Both the position numbers and the translations under genes were made by a program. DNA of 64,000 bases from Octopus sinensis (lineage: Eukaryota), in the NCBI RefSeq assembly GCF_006345805.1, contig NC_043014.1, positions 2,666,001-2,730,000 on the forward strand. The letters run 5' to 3'. The notes beneath the pieces were generated by a model. That model searched no databases. It was not told the DNA's origin and saw only the letters and a program-made list of their open reading frames with translations. Positions 1 through 11,948 of this stretch are shown here, piece after piece (within the stretch, counting starts at the first letter, position 1; each line of letters opens with the position of its first letter).

Positions 1-103
1 CTCTATACTGAGTAGCATCACTACATATCAACTACAATGCAAATGTAGGAAAAATAAGGATAGACACAAGTTTATCTAAACTTGTGCTCATCCTTATTTC
101 TAA

Positions 104-602
104 CTAGCAGTATCGCCCGGCGTTGCTCGGGTTTGTAAGGGAAATAACTATATAAGCATTTTTAGAGAGTTATAGCCAAAAAATAGCAAAAAAATGCATT
201 AAAAATGGAAAAAAAATTTTGGTAAATTTTTTTTTAAATCATTGACTCATCGTAGACATTTTTAGAGAGTTACTTCCCTTATATAATAGCGAAAAAAATA
301 CATTAAAATGGAAAAAAATGATGGTAAATTTTTTTTTAAATCGTTGACTCATCGTAGACATTTTTAGAGAGTTACTTCCCTTATATAATAGCGAAAAAAT
401 GCATTAAAATGGAAAAAAAGATGGTAAATTTTTTTTTAAATCGTAGACTCATCGTAGACACGCGCTAATACCCAGAAGGGCTCGATATGAATCACGACTA
501 TAAGATACCCGGTTTTGGTTAAACTGCACCGCAAAATGTGGGAGTAGTTAGGAATCTAAATCGTAGGAGACAGACACACAACTTGACTTTTATATATAAA
601 GA
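104..602 (-). mobile_element. Non-autonomous Helitron-like element with internal ~100-bp triplication
   Basis: Minus strand starts A|TC (TCTTTATATATAAA) and ends with a CCCGAGCAACGCCGGG hairpin then CTAG|T; homologous to 45898-46401. Confidence 0.7.
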
Positions 603-633
603 TGTATTAAACGCATACACACCCAAACAAACA

Positions 634-732
634 TATAAGAAGCTTCTTTCAGTTTCCATTTACCAAACCCACTCACAAAGCTTCAGTCAGCCTGGAGCTA
701 TAGTAGAAGACATTTGTCCAAGTTGCCATGCT
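634..732 (-). mobile_element. tRNA-derived SINE family B fragment
   Basis: Degenerate match to the core (gaagacacttgcccaag / ttcagtttcc) of other copies in the window. Confidence 0.6.
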
Positions 733-964
733 CAATACCTACAAGATTATAATAATAATTCATACTATTAATAATCTCCAAATTCTACGAGGGGAGTTGT
801 TTTCTGTTATTTCTCTACGAAATTAACATGAAACTTCCAAGACATTTGAGCAGGATCGAGGAGTTGAGGAAACAAGCTGTTCTCAAAGACATTAGAAATG
901 TAAAAGGAACAATAAACATCAGAAGAGAGTATTGTAGTTCGCTTGAAGCCTTGTGTATTGTTTG

Positions 965-1541
965 TAAAGAATAAAAAGTTTTGAATGGTACAACAATGTA
1001 CTAAAATAAAGACAATGGGCTATATACCTGTTGTATTTAACCAGTAAGGCAACGCTGGTAACAATCACGCATGAATGGTGCCCTTTTACATGCCACCGAC
1101 ACGGAGCCAGTTGGCTGCTCTGGCAACGATCACGCTCGGATGGTGCTCTTGGCACCCTACTAGCATGGGCACAAGTGCCAGTAAGGCGACGCTGGTAATG
1201 ATCACACTGGAATGGTGCACTTTTATATGCCACTGGCACGGAAGCCAGTTAGCCGCTCTGTCAATGATCACCCTCATATGGTGCTCATTGCACCCCGCCA
1301 GCACAGATGCCAGTTGTCGAATTTGATTTTGATTTCACTTGCCTCAACAGGTCTTTGCAAACAGCGTTTAGTGTCCAAAGAAGGAAAAGGTATGCATAAG
1401 TGGGCTGGTTACGCTCCTGGCATAGGCCACAGGTTATGGTCTCATTTGGCTTGCCGGGTCTTCTCAAGCACAGCATATTTCCAAAAGTCTCGGTCGCTAG
1501 TCATTTCCTTGTTGTACCATTCAAAACATTTTATTCTTTAT
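965..1541. mobile_element. Repeat bounded by ~32-bp inverted repeats, containing family C-type tandem units
   Basis: taaagaataaaaagttttgaatggtacaacaa at ~965 and its near reverse complement at ~1510-1541; internal units resemble 20505-21320. Confidence 0.45.
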
Positions 1542-1785
1542 TAGAAGTTAAACTAGGATAGAAGAACAAATTCTTAGAAGTCTTACTTTCTTACAGTGCA
1601 ATGGCCACCGGTTAAGGGGTCTGTCCCTATCCTGGAGGGCCCACATCTTCAATGTAACCCAAACCATATTGATGCTACTGGATTTTGTTTCCAGAGTTTT
1701 CGTGCACTTCCAAATATGGTATGCAGGTAATGCCACATCTGATTGCAAAGGTGTGTTCATTACAACCAATAAAAGACGATAATAT

Positions 1786-2035
1786 GGAGGCACAGGCACG
1801 GCTGTGTGGCAAGGAAAAGCTTGCTTCCCAACCACATGGTTTCAGGTTCAGTCCCACTGCACGGCACCTTGAATAAGTGTCTTTTATTATAGCCACGGGC
1901 TGATCAAAGCTTTGTCAGTGGATTTGGTAAACGGAAACTGAAAGAAGCCCATTGTGTGTGTGTACTTGTGTGTTACTGTCTCTTCGCCTTGATTCTGCAT
2001 GACAGTTGTAAATGAGGGTCACCATCATACAATGT
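1786..2035 (+). mobile_element. tRNA-derived SINE family B (variant tail)
   Basis: A-box-like ggctgtgtgg, B-box-like ggttcagtccc and the shared core. Confidence 0.75.
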
Positions 2036-2448
2036 CTGAAAACAACAACCAACTAGATGGTCACATCTGGAACACCTTTGGTCATAAATCTGCCAGGCAT
2101 GTCAACACAATAATCTTTGTACTGAGCAGGTCTTTTATAATAAAAGAAAGATTTTCTTTGCCATAATGTTTTAGTAAATGGCAGAGAGCCAAAGTCTGAA
2201 AAAGTGTACTAATTACTGCAATGAGACTTAATTAATTAAACTAATTTGCAGTTTAGACGTTTCTGACAAAGAATCTCTGTTTAATAATGGTCAATATAAA
2301 TGTTGGTTGGTTGATTCTCCATTCATGCTTTACATTGTTGAGAGAGAAGGGGAAAGAGAGTAAAAGAGAGAGAAAGAGTTAACATAAGAGGTGCAGAAGG
2401 ATGACTGCACCTACTAGGCTTGGTGGCAGACAATGAGTGACGGAATGC

Positions 2449-2484
<36 letters not shown>

Positions 2485-2565
2485 CAGTGAAAGAATCATA
2501 GACAAAGGAAGATGGGGAGTAAATGACAATAGTTAGGAGACGAATTAACACAAATAAGAAATTTC

Positions 2566-2815
2566 ATCATCATCGTTTAACGTCCGCTTTCCATGCTATC
2601 ATGGGTTGGACGAATGACTGAGGGCTGGCGAACCAGGTGGCTGCACCAGGCTTCAATCTTGATCTGGCAGAGTTTCTACAGCTGGATGCCCTTCCTAACG
2701 CCAACCACTCTGAGAGTGTAGTGGGTGCTTTTACGTGCCACCGGCATGGGGCCAGTCAGGCGGTACTGGCAATGACCCCGCTCGAATCTTTTTACACATG
2801 CCACCGGCAATACTG
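2566..2815 (-). mobile_element. SINE-like family C with (GAT)n tail
   Basis: catcatcgtttaacgtccgctttccatgc...ggatgcccttcctaacgccaaccac, repeated many times in the window. Confidence 0.8.
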
Positions 2816-3257
2816 GTAATGACCTTTTTTTTTTTACTTATATTTTAAGGTAACAAATATTTTTCTGTTAAAAATTAATATTCATTTCATTTTGTATAAG
2901 CACCAAATTATTTGATAAGAGTTAAATTATAGATATTGTATGCATACCATATTTCTTGACATTGACCATAGTGGCAAAAGTATCAGTTCAAAGTTACCCC
3001 ATCATATGACTAATAATAACCGTGTGTGTGTGACCATGTCTTGACATTATGCACTAACTGTAAACAAATTTTACTATCATACAAGTCATTCATTAAAATA
3101 TATCTGGTCATTGTGCTGTTTGAGTTGGAAGAACCAAGGGAATTGTTACCTTATTAGCAGACAACAGACGAAGGCTGGTAACGAGAACAACACTCAGCCA
3201 TAGAAAACCAAGTTTGATGAATTTTGTGTGATTCTTACAAGTACAGAAAAGTGGACA

Positions 3258-3488
3258 TTAACCCTTTTGTTACCAACCCGGCTGAAACCAGCTCTGGCTC
3301 TGTTGTACAAATGTCTTGTTTGCATAAGTTTTGAATTAAAATCTTTCCACCAAACTTTAGTCACAATTTATGTTCCTAACACTAGCTTAATGATAACTAA
3401 GTTATTTTACTGAATTCTTTGTTATATTTAAAATTAATTAAAAGAAATACAGAGCATCTCAACAGAAATATGGTAACAAATGGGTTAA
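3258..3488. mobile_element. piggyBac-type MITE copy 1
   Basis: TTAA-CCC...GGG-TTAA termini with ~14-bp TIRs. Confidence 0.75.
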
Positions 3489-3513
3489 AATATATATAAT
3501 AGAGAAACAATTC

Positions 3514-3741
3514 TTAACCCTTTTGATACCAACCCAGCAGAAACCACCTCTGGCTCTCAGTACAAATGTCTTGTTTGCATAAGTTCTGAATTAAAATCTT
3601 CCACCAAACCTTAGTCACAATTTATGTTCCTAACACCAGTTTAATGATAACTAAGTTATTTTACTAAATTCTTTGTTATATTTAAAGTAATTGAAAGAAA
3701 CACAGAGCATCTCCACAGAAATATGGTAACAAAGGGGTTAA
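3514..3741. mobile_element. piggyBac-type MITE copy 2
   Basis: TTAACCCTTTTGATACC...GGTAACAAAGGGGTTAA, tandem to copy 1. Confidence 0.75.
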
Positions 3742-3764
3742 AATATATAATAGAGAAACAACTC

Positions 3765-3880
3765 TCAACCCTTTTGATACCAACCTGGCTGAAACTGCCT
3801 CAGGCTCTGTAGTACAAATGTCGTTTTCATAAGTTTTGTATTAAAATCTTCCACCAAACCTTAGTCACAATTTATGTTGC
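3765..3880. mobile_element. piggyBac-type MITE copy 3 (truncated)
   Basis: Left half only, preceded by the same spacer as copy 2. Confidence 0.65.
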
Positions 3881-4479
3881 CTGATAACATCATCATAATG
3901 CTAAAATGAATGTTAATTTTCAAAAGAAAAAATATTTATTACTTTAAAATGTTTTCATTATTTAATCAAAAATATTAATGTTTGGGTGATTTCCAAATGT
4001 AAAGGTTAATAAACTAATTCATAAGTGCAACACAGATAAATCTACAGGTCTTTAGTTGAAAACCTTAACCATGATGATTGCAGATGATGTGAAGACATCC
4101 TGTTGTTCTCTTGAGTAAATAGGAAAAAATAACTGGGAATCCTTTTAGAGACCTGATAGGGGTGATTCTTCCCTCCTCTGATAAAATGAACCTTTATTCT
4201 TGGATTACCCAGTGAACTATTAGCTTAAATTTCTATAATGGCAGCTGGAAATGAGTATTAGTGACAGACTGGCAATCCATACGGTGGGGAATAGTGTACC
4301 CACAGTTATTTACATACCATGAAAAATGGACAAGCTCCAGCCCAATCAGCATTTTGGTAGGTACAGGATAGACCTAATACCTAAGGGCTTAGTACTTAAT
4401 TTTTGTAAGAGTGGTTAGATATTGTATCAAAGAGTAGAACAAAATTCTGAGAAATAGGAATGGAGAAATTACCATTGTA

Positions 4480-4705
4480 TTAACCCTTTCATTACCAACC
4501 CTGCTGGAACCGGCTCTGGCTCTGTAGTACAAATGTCTTGTTTTCATAAGTTCTGAATTAAAATCTTCCACCAAACCTTAGTCACAATTTATGTTCCTAA
4601 CACTGAATGATAACTAAGTTATTTTACTAAATTCTTTGTTATATTTAAAATTAATTGAAAGAAACACAGAGCATCTCAACAGAAATATGGTAACAAAAGG
4701 GTTAA
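4480..4705. mobile_element. piggyBac-type MITE copy 4
   Basis: TTAACCCTTTCATTACC...GGTAACAAAAGGGTTAA. Confidence 0.75.
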
Positions 4706-4935
4706 TGCCTATGTGGTGAAATACAGTGGTTGTTAGGGATAAAAGTGATTACCATGGGGCACACTAGTCACTATGGGACCCATCAGTTAGTGTGGGGTAT
4801 ATTTGGTTAGCATGTCACTATAAAGTGACAATCATGGGGCACTATGTCAATGAACAAATTGGTTAACCCTTTTAATACCAACCTGCCTGAAACTGCCCCT
4901 TGTTCTATGATATGGACAGCTTGTTAAAGTAATCT

Positions 4936-5170
4936 AGCTGGCTATACGACACGATCTGGGTCCTTATATTTTCAAACAAGGGAATCTAGCACCCCCACTC
5001 ATTCTGTGCTGATGAAGGGAAATAACCCAGAAATTGCGATACACAGATATTGTTTTGAGCTGAGTGGGGGTGCTACATTTCTTTGTTCGAAAATATAAGG
5101 ACACAGATAAAGTCGCAGAGCCAGCTGGAGACGATGTTTCCTGGGGCTAAATTACAGCAACATTCGTCCT
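4936..5170 (+). mobile_element. Penelope-like pLTR with partial inverted copy (66-bp arms, ~85% identity)
   Basis: Arms 4936-5001 and 5061-5125; the 3' part ccagctggag..ctggggctaaa matches the 53168-53383 arm; hammerhead in the loop. Confidence 0.6.
5003..5047 (+). ncRNA. Type I minimal hammerhead ribozyme motif
   Basis: TCTGTG-CTGATGA-A-GGG-aaataa-CCC-A-GAAA-TTGCGA-TA|CACAGA: 6-bp stem I, near-palindromic stem III. Confidence 0.65.
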
Positions 5171-5384
5171 AAACCGGGACTGCCATGTTATGTTGGCAAA
5201 CAATCTTTACTCTATAATGAGTTTGTGTAACTCAGACAGCACAGTTAAACTGTGAGTAGGGGGCTTTTAGAGTGAACTGGGATTCCACAACAGTGTTAGA
5301 AACTAATATTGGTTCCAGACTTTGGCACCAGACTAAAGTCTATCTTTTTGCCTTTCTACTTACCAATATAATCTGGCTCTCATC

Positions 5385-5600
5385 ATCATAATTTAATGTC
5401 TGTTTTCAATGGGTTGGATGGTTTGACAGGAGGTGACCAACTGAAGGGCTGCACAGGCCTCATCCCCGTTTTGGCATGGTTTTTATGGCTGCCCTTCCTC
5501 ACGCCAACCACTTAACAGAGTGGCACTGGTTGCTTTTACGCAGCACAGGCACAAGTGCTTTTTATGTGGCACCAGCACTTACAGGCCTGCAAGATGGTCA
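5385..5600 (-). mobile_element. SINE-like family C (degenerate)
   Basis: gcccttcctcacgccaaccac core and tail remnant. Confidence 0.6.
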
Positions 5601-5989
5601 CATGGGTCAGATCAGTACATTGCTGGAAGACTTTTCTACAACCATAGGCCCTTCCTGATACCAATCTCCCACCAGTTTCCAAGTGAGTTAATAATCTCCC
5701 AGATTATCAAAGAACAAACACCAGAGTCACGGTTATGTGAAGAACTTGAAACCAATGGTACCGACAGAGGGAGCCTTTCGTTTATCAAGTCCAAGCAGCA
5801 TTTTTTAAAGCTTGGACATGCTGTTGTGATGGAAGTAAAACTGTTTGTTTGAGGCCACTGCTTACAACTTGTGACCACACATGAAGGTGAGAAGAAATAC
5901 ATGCTCACTCACACAAACACATGTGCACATACTATATAAGCACACACACAAACATATGCATACCATGGGTATGTGAACTTCTGTGTAAA

Positions 5990-6340
5990 TGATACTGGCT
6001 GTGTAGTAAGAAGCTTGCTTTGAATCACAAGGTTCTGGGTTCAGTCCCACAGCATGGCACCTCGGGCAAGTGTCTTCTATTATAACCACGGGCCGACCAA
6101 AGCCTTGTGAGTGAATTTGGTAGACAGACATTGAAACAAAGCCTGTTGTATGTATGTGTGTGTGTGCATCCCATCACTGTTTAACACTTGGTGTTGGTGT
6201 GTTTACATCCCTGTAACTTAGCAGTTCAGAAAAAGAGACTGATGGAATTAGTACTAAGTTTTAAAAAATAAATCCTGTGGTTGACATGTTTGACTAAAAC
6301 CCTGAAAGGCGGTGCTCCAGCATGGCCACAATCAAGGAAT
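5990..6340 (+). mobile_element. tRNA-derived SINE family B
   Basis: Head, core, internal (TG)n and ggcggtgctccagcatggcc tail. Confidence 0.8.
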
Positions 6341-6369
6341 AAGGGTGGGTATACCAATAGATACATACG

Positions 6370-6715
6370 CATACATTCTTTTATTCGTTTCAGTCATTTG
6401 ACTGCGGCCATGCTGGAGCACTGCCTTTAGTCAAACAAATCTACCCCAGGACTTATTCTTTGCTGAACTAAGTTACGGGGACATAAACACACCAGCATCA
6501 ATTGTGAAGTGATGTTGGGGGGACAAACACAGACACACATATATATATACGATGGGCTTCTTTCAGTTCCTGTCTACCAGATCCACTCACAAGGCTTTGC
6601 TCAGCCTGAGGCTATAGAAGACACTTGCCCAAATGCCACACAGTGGGACTGAACCCAGAACCATGTGGTCGGTAAGCAAGCTACTTACCACACAGCCACT
6701 CCTCCGCCTATACAT
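6370..6715 (-). mobile_element. tRNA-derived SINE family B
   Basis: Near-full-length reverse copy, tail-to-tail with the previous copy. Confidence 0.8.
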
Positions 6716-6733
6716 ACATACATATATATATTT

Positions 6734-7584
6734 ATTAATAATTAAGGGTACTACAAGCAGTACCAGCATGCTAAAATAGCAGTCAAAATGACTCAGACCA
6801 CAAGTTTTCACTTAAACACAAAAGTGAAGGTCGGTAGATGAGCCAAATCCTTAAGACTCTGTACCAACGACAAAAATAATCGGAAATTGGAAAAGTCAGA
6901 CATACCTGTATCACTGTGATTTCAAACTTTGACAAAATACCATTAGTTCATCCCAAGAGTATTGTGTCCAAGTTTGAAATCACAGTGATACAGGTATGTC
7001 TGACTTTTTCAACTATTTTTGTCATTGGTATGGAGTCTTAAGGATTTGTCAAGGCGGTGAGCTGGCAGAAACGTTAGCATGCCAGGCGAAATGCTTAGCA
7101 GTATTTCGTCTGCCGTTACATTCTGAGTTCAAATTCCGCCGAGGTCGACTTTGTCTTTCATCCTTTCGGGGTCGAAAAATTAAGTACCAGTTACGCACTG
7201 GGGTCGATGTAATCGACTTAATCCATTTGTGTGTCCTTGTTTGTCCCCTGTGTTTAGTCCCTTGTGGGTAGTAAAGAAATAGGTATTTCACCTATCGCTA
7301 TATTCCGAGTTCAAATTCCGCCGAGGTCGACTTTGCCTTTCATCCTTTCGAGGTCAATAAATCAAGTACCAGTTACGCACTGGGGTTGATGTAATCGACT
7401 TAATCCGTTTGTCCCCTCTGTGTTTAGCCCCTTGTGGGTAGTAAAGAAATAGGTATGGAGTCTTAAGGATTTGGTTCATCTACCGACCTTCATTTTTGTG
7501 TCTAAGTGAAAACTTGTGGTCTGAGTCATTTTGACTACTATTTTAAGCATGCTGGTACTGCTTGTAGTACCCTTAATTATTAAT
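6734..7584. repeat. Foldback element (~205-bp arms, 18-nt loop) interrupted by a SINE
   Basis: Left arm 6734-6940; right arm 6959-7048 plus 7474-7584; termini TAATTAAGGG/CCCTTAATTA. Confidence 0.8.
7049..7451 (+). mobile_element. tRNA-like SINE family A with 22-bp TSD
   Basis: aaggcggtgagctggcagaa head, two tandem body units, TSD ggtatggagtcttaaggatttg at 7027-7048 and 7452-7473. Confidence 0.85.
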
Positions 7585-7636
7585 TGAAAATTTTACGTTT
7601 ATGGTTTTTTACGCATGCTAAGCCACTGATATTATT

Positions 7637-7770
7637 AGGCGCAGGAGTGGCTGTTTGGTAAGTAATAAGGTGCATGAGTGGCTGTGTGGTAAGTAGCTTG
7701 CTTCCCAACCACATGGTTCCAGGTTCAGTCCCACTGCATGGCACCTTGGGCAAGTGTCTTCTACTATCAT
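7637..7770 (+). mobile_element. SINE family B head (3'-truncated)
   Basis: ggcgcaggagtggctg...ggttcagtcccactgcatggcaccttgggcaagtgtc. Confidence 0.75.
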
Positions 7771-9762
7771 CATCATTGTTCGACTGCGGTCGAGACAATG
7801 CAATTTACTATGTAACGCCAGACCTCACGGTCCGTCATAGCATTACGGAGGTCCTGCTGCTGGATGCAATTTCTATCGAAGCATTTATTTATTTATTTAT
7901 CAAAATCTGGGTAAATTTTTACCAAAATCTGTTTTATTTAACGATAAAAAGGAATTATAAAAATAAGAAAAATTATTAAATCCTACACTGGACGACGAAA
8001 ATCCTTCCAACACTCTTTCTCACATGGCTCGGAGAAGCCTTCTCTCAAGTTTCTTGCTGTCACGTATTTGTTACTACTACTATTACCGTTTCAACAGCTA
8101 TAAATTTATAATTACAAACAGCATTCCTTAATTCACACCAGTATATAGAAAAGTTCTTCGTAGACTACCAGCACCAATTACCATATCTGTAAATACCATT
8201 AAACCATACTAGCATCGCCCGAAACCTATTTCTATGTTAAAAGGCTACCATCCGTCGATTCGAACACTCGTCAACAGGCTTCAAAGTACTTCCTGCTCCT
8301 CGTTCGAATGTATAAACCGACTGACTGAACCTGACTAATTTTCTCGTGACACCATAAACTCCTGCTACGAACTGCCTCGTTCATTTCTTCTCTCTTTTCT
8401 GAATGCCAGTTGTTGTATTCATTCAGGCAGGAGGAAGAAGGCGGCTCCTTCGTTTCTACCGAAGATGAAAGAAATTCTCAGGCAGCTACGAGATTTCTAC
8501 AAGCCGCAAGATTCCACCTAATCCTTTAGGGGAGCTGCGGTGTGTAAGTTATACTAGGATTATCTGGAAGGAATTACGGATCTTTTCCTTTTGAAAGCCA
8601 GATTTTCCTAGTTAACTAAACAATTTGAAACTTCGTATACTGGTAGAATGTGTCAAAAGAAAACATAATTGTAAAGCAAAATGAAAACGGAATTGTAATT
8701 TCTAAGTTTAACGTTGTTTAATAATTCAGTAATTAAACATTTCGTAATAGATCATATTACTGAATACTGAACATGCATATAATGTGTGTGTGTGTGTGTG
8801 GTGTGTGTAAAACTCCAGCAAAGGCTCTTCTCATTTCATAGAAGAAAGCTCCGACCAGATCAACACTCCCTTTGACGTATCTGTGTCATCATATATACGT
8901 AAATGGAATCGTTTAATGGAACAGGCAAAACTTGTAGAGAATGATTTAAATTACGTTCACGCCAGGCAAGGAAGAGATGATACTAGAAAAGACTACAAAA
9001 GACCGAGCCCCTTGAGGATGCGACAGACGTCAAAGTATGTCGATTAATGACGACTTTTAGACTATCCAAAAGGAAGCTATTAATTAAATCAGCTGTCGAC
9101 CAGGGTAAAGAACGTCAGAGAGACAGAAACCATAGAGTTTCCGTTGATATTTCTACCCCTACATCCGGCAACCTTAACCGTACCGTAGAAACTCCCCAAC
9201 GCCTGGTACTTTAAATCAACAAGACCTTGTAAAATTATCCTGTGTTTAAATTTGTAAATTTTATTTCTATTGAATTATAATCCAACCCTTTCAATTAAGC
9301 AGTGCGCTTATGGGGGCACATGCTTTGCAATTAATGCACAAATTAGAGAAAATTAAATGTGCGCAAACCAAGTTTTAACCAGGAAATCGAATATTTTAAA
9401 AAATTAAGGATCGCTAATCGTATTCATGCAACGACAAAATTTACACTAATTAGCTGAAAAAACAAAAACAAAAAAAAATCCCCTAATTTATAATTAACCG
9501 AAGTGAAAGTTCGCTAATATTGTAATTGTTTAGCATAAAAAAAAAAGGAATATGCTTAATATGTAAATATTAATAATGATACAGCTGTGATATGATGCAT
9601 GTATGAAACCTATACGGGTGACCCCAATTAGAGTAGAAATATAGACGGTAATTAGGGTTAATTAATTAACTGGGAGGGAACGTGTTAGGTGAAGAGTGGC
9701 GTTACCAGTTATGTCCCTTGCATCGACTTCCGGTACCACCCTAGATACGGCTCGTGACGATG

Positions 9763-9764
9763 TG

Positions 9765-9799
<35 letters not shown>

Positions 9800-10006
9800 C
9801 TCCCTTTTAAATTGATTAAACCATTATTAAAGGCATCTTAACCATATATGTATGTGTGTTTGTTTCGTGTTAACTGTCGAAAGAACAGATACCATACTAG
9901 ATCCTGTGCACAAACAGGTGAAACTCAGAATAGCAAGAAATTGACTCAACCAAGATTATACACACACACACACACATATATATATACATATATACACACA
10001 CATATA

Positions 10007-10038
<32 letters not shown>

Positions 10039-10277
10039 CACACACACACACACATATATATATACACACACACATATATATATACACACACACATATATA
10101 TATATACACACACACACATATATATATATACACACACACATATATATATATACACACACACATATATATATATACACCACACACACACATATATATATAT
10201 ACACACACACACATATATATATATATACACACACACACATATATATACACACACACACATAATATATATATACACAC

Positions 10278-10308
<31 letters not shown>

Positions 10309-10331
10309 GCATAAATGTATATATATTATAT

Positions 10332-10420
<89 letters not shown>
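9763..10420. repeat. (CA)n/(TA)n compound microsatellites
   Basis: Direct inspection. Confidence 0.9.
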
Positions 10421-10426
10421 TATGTA

Positions 10427-10500
10427 GGCGAAGGTAAAGAATACGCACACCACCCGTCTTTGGCCGAAAACGGGTGGAGTGCGTATTCTCTACCTCCGCC
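10427..10500. repeat. 74-nt hairpin (mini foldback/MITE-like)
   Basis: ggcgaaggtaaagaatacgcacaccacccgt pairs with acgggtggagtgcgtattctctacctccgcc, ~4 mismatches. Confidence 0.7.
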
Positions 10501-11777
10501 AATATATATAAAAAAGTACCTATAAAAAATGTGTGTATGAATAGTTGATGTCATAAGATTAAATACATTTTCGAAATAACTTGAAATAATTTCTAACCCA
10601 ATATCTGTGTGCTTCGAGATCCAATTACAAAGCAAAAAGGACACACACACACAAGTATGTGTATGTGCGCGCACTTGTAGATAGTATTTCGTCTCAGTTG
10701 AAACTTAACCGAACACACCCACGAAACTAAGGAAGGAATATAAAGGTAGCACAGAGTGGACTGAGGGAGGTTTAAGAGCAATTTTAAACAGGTCGAGCAA
10801 CAACGTAGAGGCCTTCTCCTTGTCTTCATGGGAAGTAAATAATGTTATTCTTGTAGCCATTTACTATAACTATACGGGGAAGAATTAGAAAGCCATGTGT
10901 CTCTTCACAGCTGATAGAGAATAAAGTAAGATGCTGGATATAGAGGGAAGAATTAGAAAGGGTTCGCCCCTAACGTAATGGAATAGAATCAGCTATAACT
11001 TTGCAGCTTATAGGGAAGAATATGGTAAGCATCGTAGAATTCTCAATCGGCATTTTTCGGACGATTGAAGTCCCTCTTCGTGTAAGAGCTAAAATGCTCT
11101 AATGCTGTAGGCAAAGCACATAAATGTAAGCATATACACTAAGAGGAACTTTAATCGTCCGAGAATGGGATCTGACGATACGCCATAAAGCTAAGCCTCT
11201 TATGGACGGGAAACCTAAAGTAATCCCATAAACGGGCCTTCCACATTTTTAATATGTGTGTATACACACAAACGTGTATGTATCTCGTTGCCTGGACATT
11301 TTGTGACAGTTGTAAATGAGTGTCACTGTCATACATGCGATGTCGTTCATATCTTATCTTGAATGAACATATAGCCAGGCTATGGGGGAAATACTACTTT
11401 GGAAACGGATGAAGGTTAGTAACAGGAAAGATATCTGACCGTAGAAAATTTGACTCAACGAACTCGGTCAAACCCGTGTAAAGTGGACGTTAAAACAATG
11501 ATGTTAATGGTCTATACGGTATGCAACACAGTCTACATTGTGTGTGAGAGTATATATATATATATATATATATAGTCTGTGAAACCAAATCTATGCTATG
11601 TGAAGCGTGGTCTGTGTAGTTAGTGCGAGACCTAGTCTGTAGATACTAAGACAGTCTACACAGCGAGACACGGTCTATGGTAGTAGAACTTAAGGAAAGA
11701 ACTTAAAACAAACAACGCGTTGATTCTACACAAACACACAGACATAGGGGTATATATGGGTGCATGTATGAAAATGT

Positions 11778-11849
<72 letters not shown>

Positions 11850-11948
11850 AATAATAAAGGGTGAAATTAATTAATTTAGAAATAATCATCAATTTCACCA
11901 AGTAGATTTCGGCATGTAAAAGACCCATTCAAGGAAGGTTTAAGTAAT

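Noticed and set aside
3150-3215. Signal-peptide-like minus frame (KLGFLWLSVVLVTSLRLLSANK) with a gtaaca donor
   Set aside because: No in-frame ATG or good acceptor; lies within predicted WASP intron 1 and has no WH1 similarity.
4320-4375. Candidate WASP exon 2 positions (also checked ~1590-1730, ~5640-5880, ~8130-8190)
   Set aside because: None encodes the expected WH1 start (T..xVVQLY...W.K...GV.C.VKD).
9848-10674. HT/YI/CV-rich ORFs here and at 19.3, 36.7, 42.2, 49.6, 56.0 and 62.7 kb
   Set aside because: Dinucleotide or tetranucleotide repeat translations.
11890-11945. Hammerhead-like GAAA with a preceding stem next to the 11949 foldback (minus)
   Set aside because: Core reads CTTGAAT rather than CUGANGA; no convincing stems I and III.
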